Source of the DNA: Bacteroidales bacterium
GTDB taxonomy: Bacteria > Bacteroidota > Bacteroidia > Bacteroidales > UBA1402
NCBI GenBank assembly: GCA_012511135.1
Contig: JAAZGQ010000011.1
Location: 1 to 29,241 of the forward strand
DNA length: 29,241 nt
Reading direction: 5' to 3'
The notes below the pieces were generated by a model that saw only the letters and a program-made list of their open reading frames with translations, was not told where the DNA came from and made no database searches. The position numbers were made by a program, and so were the translations under genes. Each line of letters begins with the position of its first letter. Within the stretch, counting starts at the first letter, position 1. Below are positions 9,185-18,523 of the stretch, in pieces.

Positions 9185-10534
9185 ATGAACAGAAAAATAG
9201 GATTTTTTGCTTTCGGACTGTTAATCAGTTCAGCCATAATGGCTCAAAAAGGGGTTGAAGATGGATCCATGTACGGACATGGCGAGGATAGTATTCGTTG
9301 TTTACAGAACCTAAGTTTATACCAACCCTATGCAAAACAAGGAGATTACGCCAGTGCCCTGGAGTTTTGGGAAATTGTGTACGCCGAATGTCCTGCTTCC
9401 AGGTTGGGTATCTATATTGACGGCGCCAAAATTAAAGCCTGGCAATGGAACAAAGAAACGGATTTGGACAAAAAAGCTCAGATTTTTGAAGAGCTGATGG
9501 CCGTATACGATCAAAGAATCAAATACTTCGGCGATCACAACCGATATCCCACACCCTGGATACTCGGAAAAAAGGCACTGGATTACATACAGTTCAATCC
9601 CAAAGGGGACATGAAACAGCCTTACGAGTGGCTGAAAGCGGCTATTTATGATTCTCCCACAGCTAATTTTGAACCGGCTTACGCTACCGCTTTCATCTCT
9701 GTATCCAGAGCTTTGTTAAAGGATGATGCTCATAAAGAAAATTTCTTTAACGATTATCTTAAAACAACTGAACGACTGGATGAAAAACTGACCATAACAC
9801 CTGCCGGCCCCAACAATGAGAGGATTGTCGGAATCAAGAATGGTGTGGATGTGCTCTTTTCAAATTCCGGAGCAGCCGATTGCGAAACCCTGACTACTCT
9901 GTTTGCCGAACGTATTGAGCAAAACAAAGACAATCAGGATTTTTTGGACAACATAATTTCTTTATTCAAGAGAGTTAAATGTACAGATACAGATACTTAT
10001 TTTTTGGCTTCGGAATACAGACATGCCGTTAATCCTACATCTGAATCGGCAGAAGGTTGTGCCTATCAATCTATTAAAAAGGAAGACTACAAAAAAGCTT
10101 CAGAATACTTGAAGGAGGCCATTGAATTAGAGACAAACGAAGACAAAAAAGCCGATTATGCTTATTTGGCTGCTTCAGCTTTGTTTGCCGACAAGAGTTA
10201 CGTAGATGCCCGCACCATGGCTCTGCAGGCTGCTGATTACAAAAAAAACTTTGGAGCACCTTATGTGCTGATTGCCAAAATGTATGCGAACAGTGTTGAA
10301 CATTTTGATGATCCTGTAATCAAAAGAACAGTTTACTGGGCAGCAGTGGACAAACTTCAAAAAGCCAAAACGGTTGATCCGAGCGTAAGTGAAGAAGTCA
10401 ATGATTTGATATCTAAATATAAAGAACAGTATCCCGACACAGAAGATATCTTTATGCATCCTGATATCAATGTTGGAAAAACTTTCAGAATAGGGGGCTG
10501 GATACAGGAAAGTACCGTTGCCCGCAACAAATAA
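9185..10534 (+). CDS. Periplasmic tetratricopeptide-repeat protein
   Basis: Signal peptide (…SSAIMAQ) and repeated helical TPR-like units (YKKASEYLKEAIELE, YVDARTMALQAA). Confidence 0.7.
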   Translation: MNRKIGFFAFGLLISSAIMAQKGVEDGSMYGHGEDSIRCLQNLSLYQPYAKQGDYASALEFWEIVYAECPASRLGIYIDGAKIKAWQWNKETDLDKKAQIFEELMAVYDQRIKYFGDHNRYPTPWILGKKALDYIQFNPKGDMKQPYEWLKAAIYDSPTANFEPAYATAFISVSRALLKDDAHKENFFNDYLKTTERLDEKLTITPAGPNNERIVGIKNGVDVLFSNSGAADCETLTTLFAERIEQNKDNQDFLDNIISLFKRVKCTDTDTYFLASEYRHAVNPTSESAEGCAYQSIKKEDYKKASEYLKEAIELETNEDKKADYAYLAASALFADKSYVDARTMALQAADYKKNFGAPYVLIAKMYANSVEHFDDPVIKRTVYWAAVDKLQKAKTVDPSVSEEVNDLISKYKEQYPDTEDIFMHPDINVGKTFRIGGWIQESTVARNK

Positions 10535-10536
10535 AA

Positions 10537-11133
10537 ATGCTTTTTAAAAAAATATCCGGGAAATACAACAGTATAACAGTTGCAATCTTTGTAACTGTTA
10601 TACTGTTTTTACCCCTTTCCTGCAAAAGGGAAAAAACAGATATTTTACCCAATTTCGGTTCCAGAGATTCTGTTCCCGGTATGAGGGCCGATTCCATAGT
10701 AACCCTGATTTCTGATTCTGGCCGTATCCGCTACAAAGTAATTACTGCCTCTTGGTTAATTTATGATCAGGCTCCTGATCCTTACTGGTTTTTCCCCGAA
10801 AAAATCTATTTCGAACGTTTTGATGACAGTATGCGTATTGAATCCATAGTCAAAAGTGACACAGCTCGCTATTTTACTAAACGGAAACTCTGGGAACTCA
10901 AAAACAATGTACAGGTGATGAATTTAGCCGGCGAAAAATTTGAAACCCCTTTGTTGTATTGGGATCAGAATCAACACAGAATTTATTCAGATTCTTCCAT
11001 TCGTATCGAACAAGAGGGTTGGATTTCCACAGGCCAGGGATTTGAATCTAATGAATCTCTGACCATATACAGCATTCTCAACTCAAAAGGTGATTTTCCG
11101 CTGGATCCCGAAGAAGAAAATACGGACAATTGA
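10537..11133 (+). CDS. lptC: LPS export ABC transporter periplasmic protein LptC
   Basis: N-terminal anchor/lipobox-like segment (LFLPLSC), then beta-jellyroll motifs TLISDSGRIRY, FPEKIYFERFD, FETPLLYWDQ and GQGFESNESL. Confidence 0.8.
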   Translation: MLFKKISGKYNSITVAIFVTVILFLPLSCKREKTDILPNFGSRDSVPGMRADSIVTLISDSGRIRYKVITASWLIYDQAPDPYWFFPEKIYFERFDDSMRIESIVKSDTARYFTKRKLWELKNNVQVMNLAGEKFETPLLYWDQNQHRIYSDSSIRIEQEGWISTGQGFESNESLTIYSILNSKGDFPLDPEEENTDN

Positions 11134-11276
11134 TTTTGATTTTTGCGCTCTCATTAATTGGCTTACCTGCGTGTTATTTCATAATCTTTTATGCATTTGC
11201 GGGATTTTTCGATACTGCTGCAGATGAGGCAAAGTCGAATAGCTTAAAAAACATAATTATAACCTATAAATAGTAT

Positions 11277-13418
11277 ATGGCAACCTTACAAAAAATCAGA
11301 AGTCAGGCCGTCCTTTTGTTAATCGTGGTCGGTGTTGCATTATTTGCGTTTATTATCGGAGACTTTTTAACTTCCGGTTCTTCCATTATGAGGCAATCTC
11401 AGGAAACTATTGCCGAGATTGATGGCGATCCCCTCAATTACAAGGAATACGATGCCCGTATTCTGGAGATGGAAGAAGTGTATAAAATGCAAACCGGACA
11501 AAATAACCTTCAGGCAGATATTATGCATCAAATTCGGGAATCGGTTTTCGAAACCATCGTTCGTGAACGTCTTTTGGACGAGCAGGCCGAAAGATTGGGC
11601 GTAAGTGTCACTGCAAGTGAACTTTACGATATGGTCAACGGGCAGAATGTACACTATATGGTACAACAAATGCCTTTCTTTCAGAATCCCGAAACCCAGC
11701 GTTTTGACCGTGGTATGATGATGAATTTCCTCAGAACCATTCAACAGGAAGATTTATCCATGTATTCTGCCCAGGCTCAGGAGCAAATCAAACAAATGAA
11801 AAATTACTGGTTATTTTGGGAAAACAACCTCAAATATGTTCGCCTGGACGAAAAAATGGCTAATTTAATAACCAAAGCGGTAGGAGCAAACAGCCTGGAT
11901 GCCAAAGATGAATTTGAAGCCGGCCGTCGTTCTGTCGATTTTGAATATGCCTCTAAATCTTACGCGAGTGTTCCCGATTCCAGCTTTAAAGTATCTGTCA
12001 AAGAGCTCAGTCGTAGCTACGAAGAACAAAAGGAGCGATTTATACAGGAGCCTTATCGCTCTGCCGCTTATGTAGTGGTTGATATACTCCCCAGCCAGGA
12101 GGACAACGAAGCCATTAAAACCAGGATAGAAAAACTGGCCACGGAATTTGCAACGGCGGAAAACATCGCTGCAACCGTTAATTCCGAATCGGATATTCCT
12201 TACATGGATTGTTTTATTGCTAACAGTCAATTCTCGGGAGATCTGAACGACTTTGTCCGAAATGCTTCTATTGGCGATGTGAAAGGCCCTTATTATCAAG
12301 ACAATGCCTGGATTATGTTACGAATGATAGACAAAATCAACAGGGCTGATTCCGTAAAAGCCCGGCAGATTTTTATAAGCAATGCCAACGATCGCAAGGC
12401 TGCAGAACAATTAGCCGACAGTTTGTTGAATGTCTTAGCTGAAGGAGAAGACTTCGCTGCTTTGGCCGGACAGTATTCTCAGGATCAGACTGCCAACGAC
12501 GGAGGAGAAATGGGCTGGTTCCGCGAAGTTGATGCTTATAGCGGTATAGGTCCGGAGTTTGCCGAAGCTTGCTTTGCAGCTTCCAAAAACCAATTATTAT
12601 CCGTACGTTCAAAATTTGGCTGGCATGTAGTGCAGGTGCAAGACAAAACCAAGGCAGTTGAAAAATCTAAACTTGCTCAACTATACTTTTCGGTTACTCC
12701 CAGTTCTAAAACTTATAGTGCAGAATACAACAAACTCAGTAAAATCCTGGCTGAAAACAACAAAGCCGAAGAATTTCTGAATGCTGCCAGAGATGCCGGC
12801 TATCAGGTTTCCAGTGCTGCAGTGGTAAAAAGCTCAGACAACACCATCGGAAATGTGCCCGAAATGCGTCAGGCTGTCCGTTTTGTGTACAACAATAAAT
12901 TAGGAGATGTATCAACGGTATTGGAAAACAGCAACAATCAGTTTGTGGTGGTCGCTGTCACCGGAGTTCACGACAACGAGTATTTAAGCCTGGATGAGGT
13001 TCGCGATGAATTAAGCCGAGAAATTATCAACGAAAAGAAGGCCGCTTCCATCATTGCCTCCCTGCAGATAAACGAAAATACCGGCTTGTCAGAACTGGCC
13101 GGGGCCAATGCCATGCAAACCGATACAGTACATCTGGTAAACTTCTCTATGCGCAGAATTACCGGTCTGGGTGAAGAGCCCGCTTTGCTGGCTGCAGTTA
13201 TGAATGCTCCCAAAGGGGAATTGTCACAACCTGTTGCCGGTAAAAACGCGGTCTATGTATTCAGAGTTCTTAGTCAGGTAGAGCCCGAAATTGAATTTGA
13301 TGCGGCTGCAGAGAAAAGAAATCTGGATATGAACAACAACTATCGCCTGACTTATCAGGCCTACGAAGCCTTACGTGCAGCCAAAGAGGTCGAAGACAAC
13401 CGGATACGTTTTTATTGA
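11277..13418 (+). CDS. ppiD: Membrane-anchored peptidyl-prolyl isomerase (PpiD/SurA-N-domain chaperone)
   Basis: MATLQKIRS plus a transmembrane helix, a SurA-N-like domain, a parvulin motif (FAALAGQYSQDQTANDGGEMGWF, SKFGWHVVQV) and the C-terminal EDNRIRFY. Confidence 0.8.
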   Translation: MATLQKIRSQAVLLLIVVGVALFAFIIGDFLTSGSSIMRQSQETIAEIDGDPLNYKEYDARILEMEEVYKMQTGQNNLQADIMHQIRESVFETIVRERLLDEQAERLGVSVTASELYDMVNGQNVHYMVQQMPFFQNPETQRFDRGMMMNFLRTIQQEDLSMYSAQAQEQIKQMKNYWLFWENNLKYVRLDEKMANLITKAVGANSLDAKDEFEAGRRSVDFEYASKSYASVPDSSFKVSVKELSRSYEEQKERFIQEPYRSAAYVVVDILPSQEDNEAIKTRIEKLATEFATAENIAATVNSESDIPYMDCFIANSQFSGDLNDFVRNASIGDVKGPYYQDNAWIMLRMIDKINRADSVKARQIFISNANDRKAAEQLADSLLNVLAEGEDFAALAGQYSQDQTANDGGEMGWFREVDAYSGIGPEFAEACFAASKNQLLSVRSKFGWHVVQVQDKTKAVEKSKLAQLYFSVTPSSKTYSAEYNKLSKILAENNKAEEFLNAARDAGYQVSSAAVVKSSDNTIGNVPEMRQAVRFVYNNKLGDVSTVLENSNNQFVVVAVTGVHDNEYLSLDEVRDELSREIINEKKAASIIASLQINENTGLSELAGANAMQTDTVHLVNFSMRRITGLGEEPALLAAVMNAPKGELSQPVAGKNAVYVFRVLSQVEPEIEFDAAAEKRNLDMNNNYRLTYQAYEALRAAKEVEDNRIRFY

Positions 13419-13440
13419 TCTTATACAAACATAACTTAAG

Positions 13441-13470
13441 AAAGGCTGTCTCCAGAGGCAGCCTTTTTTT
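13441..13470 (+). terminator. Rho-independent terminator-like hairpin after ppiD
   Basis: AAAGGCTGTC-tccaga-GGCAGCCTTT stem followed by a T run. Confidence 0.7.
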
Positions 13471-13476
13471 ACCGTC

Positions 13477-14499
13477 ATGGAAAAATATATAATACTCGGA
13501 AAATCTTTTGAAGAACTGAAAACCTGGACACTGGATCAGGATTTACCTTCGTTTACTGCTACTCAGTTGTTTGAATGGATCTACCGTAAATCTGCTAAAA
13601 GTTTTGACGAAATGACCAACATCTCGCTTCAAAACAGAGAACTCTTAAAAGAAAAAGCTGAATTAGGATTATATTCGCCCATACAAAAAAGCACTTCGCA
13701 AGACGGCACAGTCAAATATCTTTTTTCAAGCAGTGGGGGTTATGGAGTAGAAGCAGTTTTTATTCCCGAAGATTATCGTTCCACACTTTGTGTTTCATCG
13801 CAGGCAGGATGTAAAATGCATTGTACTTTTTGTATGACAGGACGTATGGGTTTCAAGGCTCAATTGTCGGCTGCCGAAATTCTCAATCAGGTTTTGTCTC
13901 TGCCCGAAAGTGCCTCTTTGAGTAATATTGTCTTCATGGGAATGGGAGAGCCGGCGGACAATGTCGATGCCGTCATTCAAAGCCTTAATTTGCTGACTTC
14001 AGCCAGGGCTATGGCCTGGAGCCCCAAGAGGATAACAGTTTCCAGTATTGGCGTAATACCCGGGCTTAAGCGTCTGTTGGAAGAAACACAATGCCACATA
14101 GCCATCAGCCTGCACTCAGCTGATACCGCTCAACGCCTGGCCTGGATGCCGGCAGAAAAATCCTGGCCCCTGCTTTCTACTTTAGAAATGCTAAAGACTT
14201 ACGATTTCAGCAAACAACGTCGCCTATCCTTTGAATACATAATGTTCAAAAACCAAAACGATCGCATCCAAGATGCCAGGGCATTGCTTCGTTTGTTGAA
14301 CGGACTCCGGTGTCGGCTCAATTTGATTCGTTTTCATGCTTTCTCCGACTGCGAACTCAGAGGATCGGAGGAAGAACAGATACAAGCCTTTGCCGCTTTC
14401 CTCAATAACAAGGGTCTGAATACTACTATAAGGCAATCCAGAGGAGAAGATGTGGAGGCTGCCTGCGGTATGCTCTCCAGCATGTACAAATCCACCTAA
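13477..14499 (+). CDS. rlmN: Dual-specificity 23S rRNA/tRNA A2503/A37 C2-methyltransferase (radical SAM)
   Basis: SSQAGCKMHCTFCMTG (CxxxCxxC), VFMGMGEP and RGEDVEAACGML motifs. Confidence 0.95.
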   Translation: MEKYIILGKSFEELKTWTLDQDLPSFTATQLFEWIYRKSAKSFDEMTNISLQNRELLKEKAELGLYSPIQKSTSQDGTVKYLFSSSGGYGVEAVFIPEDYRSTLCVSSQAGCKMHCTFCMTGRMGFKAQLSAAEILNQVLSLPESASLSNIVFMGMGEPADNVDAVIQSLNLLTSARAMAWSPKRITVSSIGVIPGLKRLLEETQCHIAISLHSADTAQRLAWMPAEKSWPLLSTLEMLKTYDFSKQRRLSFEYIMFKNQNDRIQDARALLRLLNGLRCRLNLIRFHAFSDCELRGSEEEQIQAFAAFLNNKGLNTTIRQSRGEDVEAACGMLSSMYKST

Positions 14500-14585
14500 A
14501 AATCTGTGCTTTATGTTTTAATGACAAAAAGTCAGATTCTTCCTAAAAAATCTGGAAAATGTACTGGAATACCACAAAACTATGC

Positions 14586-14593
14586 TATTTTTG
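14586..14593 (+). promoter_or_regulatory. -7 promoter element for the DUF4837-pdxA-...-secG unit
   Basis: TATTTTTG matches TAnnTTTG, 28 nt before ATG 14622. Confidence 0.55.
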
Positions 14594-14621
14594 TCATTCA
14601 ATGCAATAAATCCAGATAGAC

Positions 14622-15671
14622 ATGAACAGATCTGCCCGAATTTCCTTTAAAACAGGCCGGCTCATTCTTTTGACGACCTTGATTCTTTTTGTTTCCTGCA
14701 AGGATACAACTATACGCAATCCATTGGCTCCCTCTGCGGTAGGTACACCCTGGGAAGTGCTGGTTGTCTTGGATAAAGATTATTGGAATACGGCTGCAGG
14801 AGAAAGCATCTTCTCTTTGTTGGATGAAGATGTTCCCGGTTTGCCTCAGCCTGAACCCCGTTTTGTGATTTCACGTTGCGATGACGATGAGTTTACAGGT
14901 ATTTTAAAACCCGTGCGCAACATTATCCAGATTGAAATTTCCAACAAATACATTGAGCCCAAATTGCATTTTTCTCAGGACCAATGGGCCAGTAATCAAT
15001 ATGTGCTGAAAATTGTAGCACCCGACGAGGAATTATTCGTGTTCTTTATCGAAAAGAATGCCGAGATGATTACCGGCTATTTTGAACTGGCAGAAAGAGA
15101 GCGTGCTTTGCAGTATATTCGTAAATCTCACAACCGCCAGTTTAGTGAAAAAATCTACCAGCAATTTGGTTTTAAAGTCTTAGTGCCCGGTTTTATGAAA
15201 CTTAGCAAAGAGGCCGAGAACTTTTTCTGGGCTTCGAACTACCAAAACAAAAAACGCCAGGATATGGTGGTCTATACCTATCCTTATACGGACAAAAATA
15301 CTTTTACACCAGAATACCTGAACGCCAAAAGAGATTCGGTAATGAAGAAAAATATCCCCGGTGGACCTGCAGGATCTTACATGAGTACTCAAACGATTGA
15401 CCCACCGGTATTTACTTCTTTAAACATAAAAGGTAAATATGCAGCCGAAATTCGTGGTTTATGGGAAATAAAAGGCGATATGATGGGTGGTCCCTTTGTC
15501 AGCCTGACCCGCCTTGACGAAGTAAATCAGAGAGTAGTGACTGTAGAGGTATTTGTCTATGCTCCCGAAGAAAACAAACGAAACATACTACGCCACAACG
15601 AAGCCGCTTTGTACTCGCTGGAATTGCCGGGAGAATTTGAAATTGAATCAGAAGAGCAAAATAAAAAATAA
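14622..15671 (+). CDS. DUF4837-family lipoprotein
   Basis: Lipoprotein signal (LILFVSC), GTPWEVLVV, GLPQPEPRF and RGLWEIKGDMMGGPFVS motifs. Conserved position before pdxA. Confidence 0.75.
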   Translation: MNRSARISFKTGRLILLTTLILFVSCKDTTIRNPLAPSAVGTPWEVLVVLDKDYWNTAAGESIFSLLDEDVPGLPQPEPRFVISRCDDDEFTGILKPVRNIIQIEISNKYIEPKLHFSQDQWASNQYVLKIVAPDEELFVFFIEKNAEMITGYFELAERERALQYIRKSHNRQFSEKIYQQFGFKVLVPGFMKLSKEAENFFWASNYQNKKRQDMVVYTYPYTDKNTFTPEYLNAKRDSVMKKNIPGGPAGSYMSTQTIDPPVFTSLNIKGKYAAEIRGLWEIKGDMMGGPFVSLTRLDEVNQRVVTVEVFVYAPEENKRNILRHNEAALYSLELPGEFEIESEEQNKK

Positions 15672-15674
15672 TAA

Positions 15675-16766
15675 ATGGAAAGTAAAAAATTGAAAATTGG
15701 CATCAGTCAGGGAGACATAAATAGCATATCTTACGAAGTTATCCTCAAGACCTTGTCGGAGCCTAAGGTGTACGAACCTCATGCCGTGATTCTATATGGT
15801 TCAGCCAAGGTGGCTGCCTATTACAAAAAGGCACTTAACATAAATCAGTTAAATATAAATGTAGTCAATTCCGCCCGTGAAGCGGAATTCGGAGCCATCA
15901 ACCTGATTAATTGCACTGACGACGATGTAAAAGTTGAATTCGGAAAGTCTACCCCCATAGCCGGCAAGGCTTCTTTTCAAGCTCTGGAAGCCGCTACGTC
16001 TGATATGAAAGCCGGCTTGATTGATGTGCTGGTTACGGGCCCTATCAATAAAAAGAATATTCAATCCTCTAGCTTTCAGTTCCCCGGCCATACGGAATAC
16101 CTGGAACAGGTTTTTGGAGAGGGAGACAAGGCCTTGATGCTTATGGTAAGCGATATTATGCGCGTAGCTGTGGCCACCGGCCATATAGCCTTGTCCGAAG
16201 TATCCGCGGCTCTTTCGGTTCCACTGTTATTGCAAAAAATCAAGTCTCTTGATCAATCGCTCCAAAAAGACTTTGGGATAAGCAAGCCCCGCATAGCAGT
16301 ACTTGCCCTGAATCCCCATGCCGGAGAAGAAGGTTTGCTGGGCAGGGAAGAAATAGAGATCATAGCTCCGGCCATTCAAAAAGCGCAGGATCAGGGATAT
16401 TATTGTTTTGGCCCTATAGCTGCCGACGGTTTTTTTGGAGCAGATTATTTTAGTCAGTACGATGCCATACTGGCTATGTATCACGATCAGGGTCTTATTC
16501 CTTTTAAGGCCTTGTGCCGGGACGAAGGAGTTAATTTTTCCGCCGGTTTGCCCATAGTGCGAACATCACCGGCACATGGCACAGCTTATGCGCTGGCAGG
16601 CAACAATGAGGCTTCGGAAAGTTCTTTCAGGGCGGCTTTGTACCTGGCCTGCGATATTTTCAAGAATCGTGTTCGTTATTGCGAAAACAACAGTAATCCA
16701 CTCAAGAAACAACATATTGTCCATTCGGGTGATTTGTCCGATTTACCTGTTCAAGACGAAGAATAA
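15675..16766 (+). CDS. pdxA: 4-hydroxythreonine-4-phosphate dehydrogenase
   Basis: GISQGDINSIS, VTGPINK, GHTEYL, LNPHAGE, AMYHDQGLIPFK and RTSPAHGTAY motifs. Confidence 0.93.
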   Translation: MESKKLKIGISQGDINSISYEVILKTLSEPKVYEPHAVILYGSAKVAAYYKKALNINQLNINVVNSAREAEFGAINLINCTDDDVKVEFGKSTPIAGKASFQALEAATSDMKAGLIDVLVTGPINKKNIQSSSFQFPGHTEYLEQVFGEGDKALMLMVSDIMRVAVATGHIALSEVSAALSVPLLLQKIKSLDQSLQKDFGISKPRIAVLALNPHAGEEGLLGREEIEIIAPAIQKAQDQGYYCFGPIAADGFFGADYFSQYDAILAMYHDQGLIPFKALCRDEGVNFSAGLPIVRTSPAHGTAYALAGNNEASESSFRAALYLACDIFKNRVRYCENNSNPLKKQHIVHSGDLSDLPVQDEE

Positions 16767-18019
16767 TGGCTACAGTAGATTTATTACAAGTTAAACAGCG
16801 ATTCGGTATCATCGGAAATGCCGCCGCTTTGAACCGGGCCATAGATGTGGCTGTTCAGGTGGCTGCCACCGATCTTTCTGTTTTAATTACCGGAGAAAGC
16901 GGTGTGGGTAAAGAGAGTTTTCCCCAGATTCTGCATCAATACAGCCACCGCAAACACGGTCCGTACATAGCAGTCAATTGTGGAGCTATACCCGAAGGCA
17001 CTATAGATTCTGAATTATTTGGCCACGAAAAAGGTTCCTTTACCGGGGCGCTTGCCGAGCGTAAAGGTTATTTCGAAGTGGCGGACGGAGGCAGCATTTT
17101 TTTGGATGAAGTAGGGGAGTTGCCTATCCCTACCCAGGCTCGTCTGCTCAGGGTGCTGGAATCGGGCGAGTTTATCCGGGTGGGTTCTTCCAAAATTCAA
17201 AAGACCAACGTCAGAATAGTGGCTGCCACCAATATTGACGTTGGGCAGGCGGTGCAATCAGGTCGCTTCAGGGAAGATTTGTATTATCGTCTCAACACAG
17301 TGCCTATCAAAATTCCGCCTTTGCGTGAAAGAGGTGAAGATGTCATTCGCCTGTTTCGGAAATTTGCCGCCGATTTTTCCGAAAAATACCGTATGCCCCC
17401 CATACAACTCGAAGAAGAGGCCAGGCAACTTTTGCTGGCTTACCGTTGGCCGGGCAACATACGACAACTGAAAAATATAACTGAGCAAATTTCAATTATT
17501 GAACGCCAACGTGATATTTCGGCTGAGATATTAGAGAAATACCTGCCCGAAAATTCTTTCGAAAAAGCACCGGCCATTTACAGAGGCCATCATGCTTCTG
17601 CCGAGGGGGTATTTTTCAACAGCGAAAGAGAAATTCTCTACCAGGTCTTGTTCGATATGAAGAAAGATATGCGCGATTTGAAGGTATTGGTTCACGACCT
17701 GATGCAAACTGCAGGTATGGAAGAGGGATTGGCACACAACAAAGACTTAATATATCCAAGCTATATTGAAAAAGCAGCTGAACTGATCGGCAAACGAGAC
17801 GACAGCTTAATGGGCAAAACTGTACATGGCAAAGATATCCCTCAGATTCAGGATGCTGACGAGTATGTGGAGGAATCGTTGTCACTGGATGAACTCGAGC
17901 GCGAAGCTATCAAAAAAGCGCTGGAACGCAACGGAGGCAAACGTAAAAATGCCGCTTCCGACCTGAACATTTCCGAAAGAACCCTGTATCGTAAAATCAA
18001 GGAATACAATCTGGACTGA
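16766..18019 (+). CDS. Sigma54-interaction-domain AAA+ transcriptional regulator with Fis-type HTH, no receiver domain
   Basis: Walker A (TGESGVGKE), ELFGHEKGSFTGA, Walker B (FLDEVGE), FREDLYYRLN, WPGNIRQL and a C-terminal HTH. Confidence 0.9.
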   Translation: MATVDLLQVKQRFGIIGNAAALNRAIDVAVQVAATDLSVLITGESGVGKESFPQILHQYSHRKHGPYIAVNCGAIPEGTIDSELFGHEKGSFTGALAERKGYFEVADGGSIFLDEVGELPIPTQARLLRVLESGEFIRVGSSKIQKTNVRIVAATNIDVGQAVQSGRFREDLYYRLNTVPIKIPPLRERGEDVIRLFRKFAADFSEKYRMPPIQLEEEARQLLLAYRWPGNIRQLKNITEQISIIERQRDISAEILEKYLPENSFEKAPAIYRGHHASAEGVFFNSEREILYQVLFDMKKDMRDLKVLVHDLMQTAGMEEGLAHNKDLIYPSYIEKAAELIGKRDDSLMGKTVHGKDIPQIQDADEYVEESLSLDELEREAIKKALERNGGKRKNAASDLNISERTLYRKIKEYNLD

Positions 18020-18021
18020 TT

Positions 18022-18522
18022 ATGAAAACTCGTCTTCTTTTGCTGGTTTTGCTCTTGCTTTCAGCCTGTACCATATCCTACAAGTTTAATGCCGCATCCA
18101 TCGATTACACAAGCATAAAAACTGTCTCAATAAAAGATTTTCCCAATCAGGCCGTGCTGGTGTATCCGCCTCTTTCGCAAAGGTTTTCGGAAGGCTTGAG
18201 GGATATTTATACTCAACAAACCAGGCTTAAGGTATTGAAACAGGACGGAGATCTTCGTCTGGAAGGCGAAATCACAGGCTACGAATTAAGTTCACTGGCA
18301 GCGCAGGCCGATGGTTATGCAGCTGAAACCAAGCTGACTGTTACAGTCAATGTGCGTTACGAGAATACCCAAAACGAAAAAGAGAATTTTGAGCAGCGTT
18401 TCAGTGCTTTTCAAACTTTTAGCAGTACTTCCATGCTCGATGATGTTCAGGATGCTCTTTTGGAAGAAATCATCAAAGAAATTACCGAAAGCATTTTCAA
18501 CAAAACAGTAGCCAATTGGTAA
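18022..18522 (+). CDS. lptE: LPS assembly lipoprotein LptE family protein
   Basis: Lipobox LLSAC; SYKFNAASID, DLRLEGEITGY and TVTVNVRYEN motifs. Conserved position after the sigma54-type regulator. Confidence 0.75.
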   Translation: MKTRLLLLVLLLLSACTISYKFNAASIDYTSIKTVSIKDFPNQAVLVYPPLSQRFSEGLRDIYTQQTRLKVLKQDGDLRLEGEITGYELSSLAAQADGYAAETKLTVTVNVRYENTQNEKENFEQRFSAFQTFSSTSMLDDVQDALLEEIIKEITESIFNKTVANW

Positions 18523-18523
18523 T

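Noticed and set aside
14521-14619. 32-codon ORF (MTKSQILPKK...) in the rlmN-DUF4837 spacer
   Set aside because: No recognisable features, it overlaps a promoter element, and an ORF this short is expected by chance.
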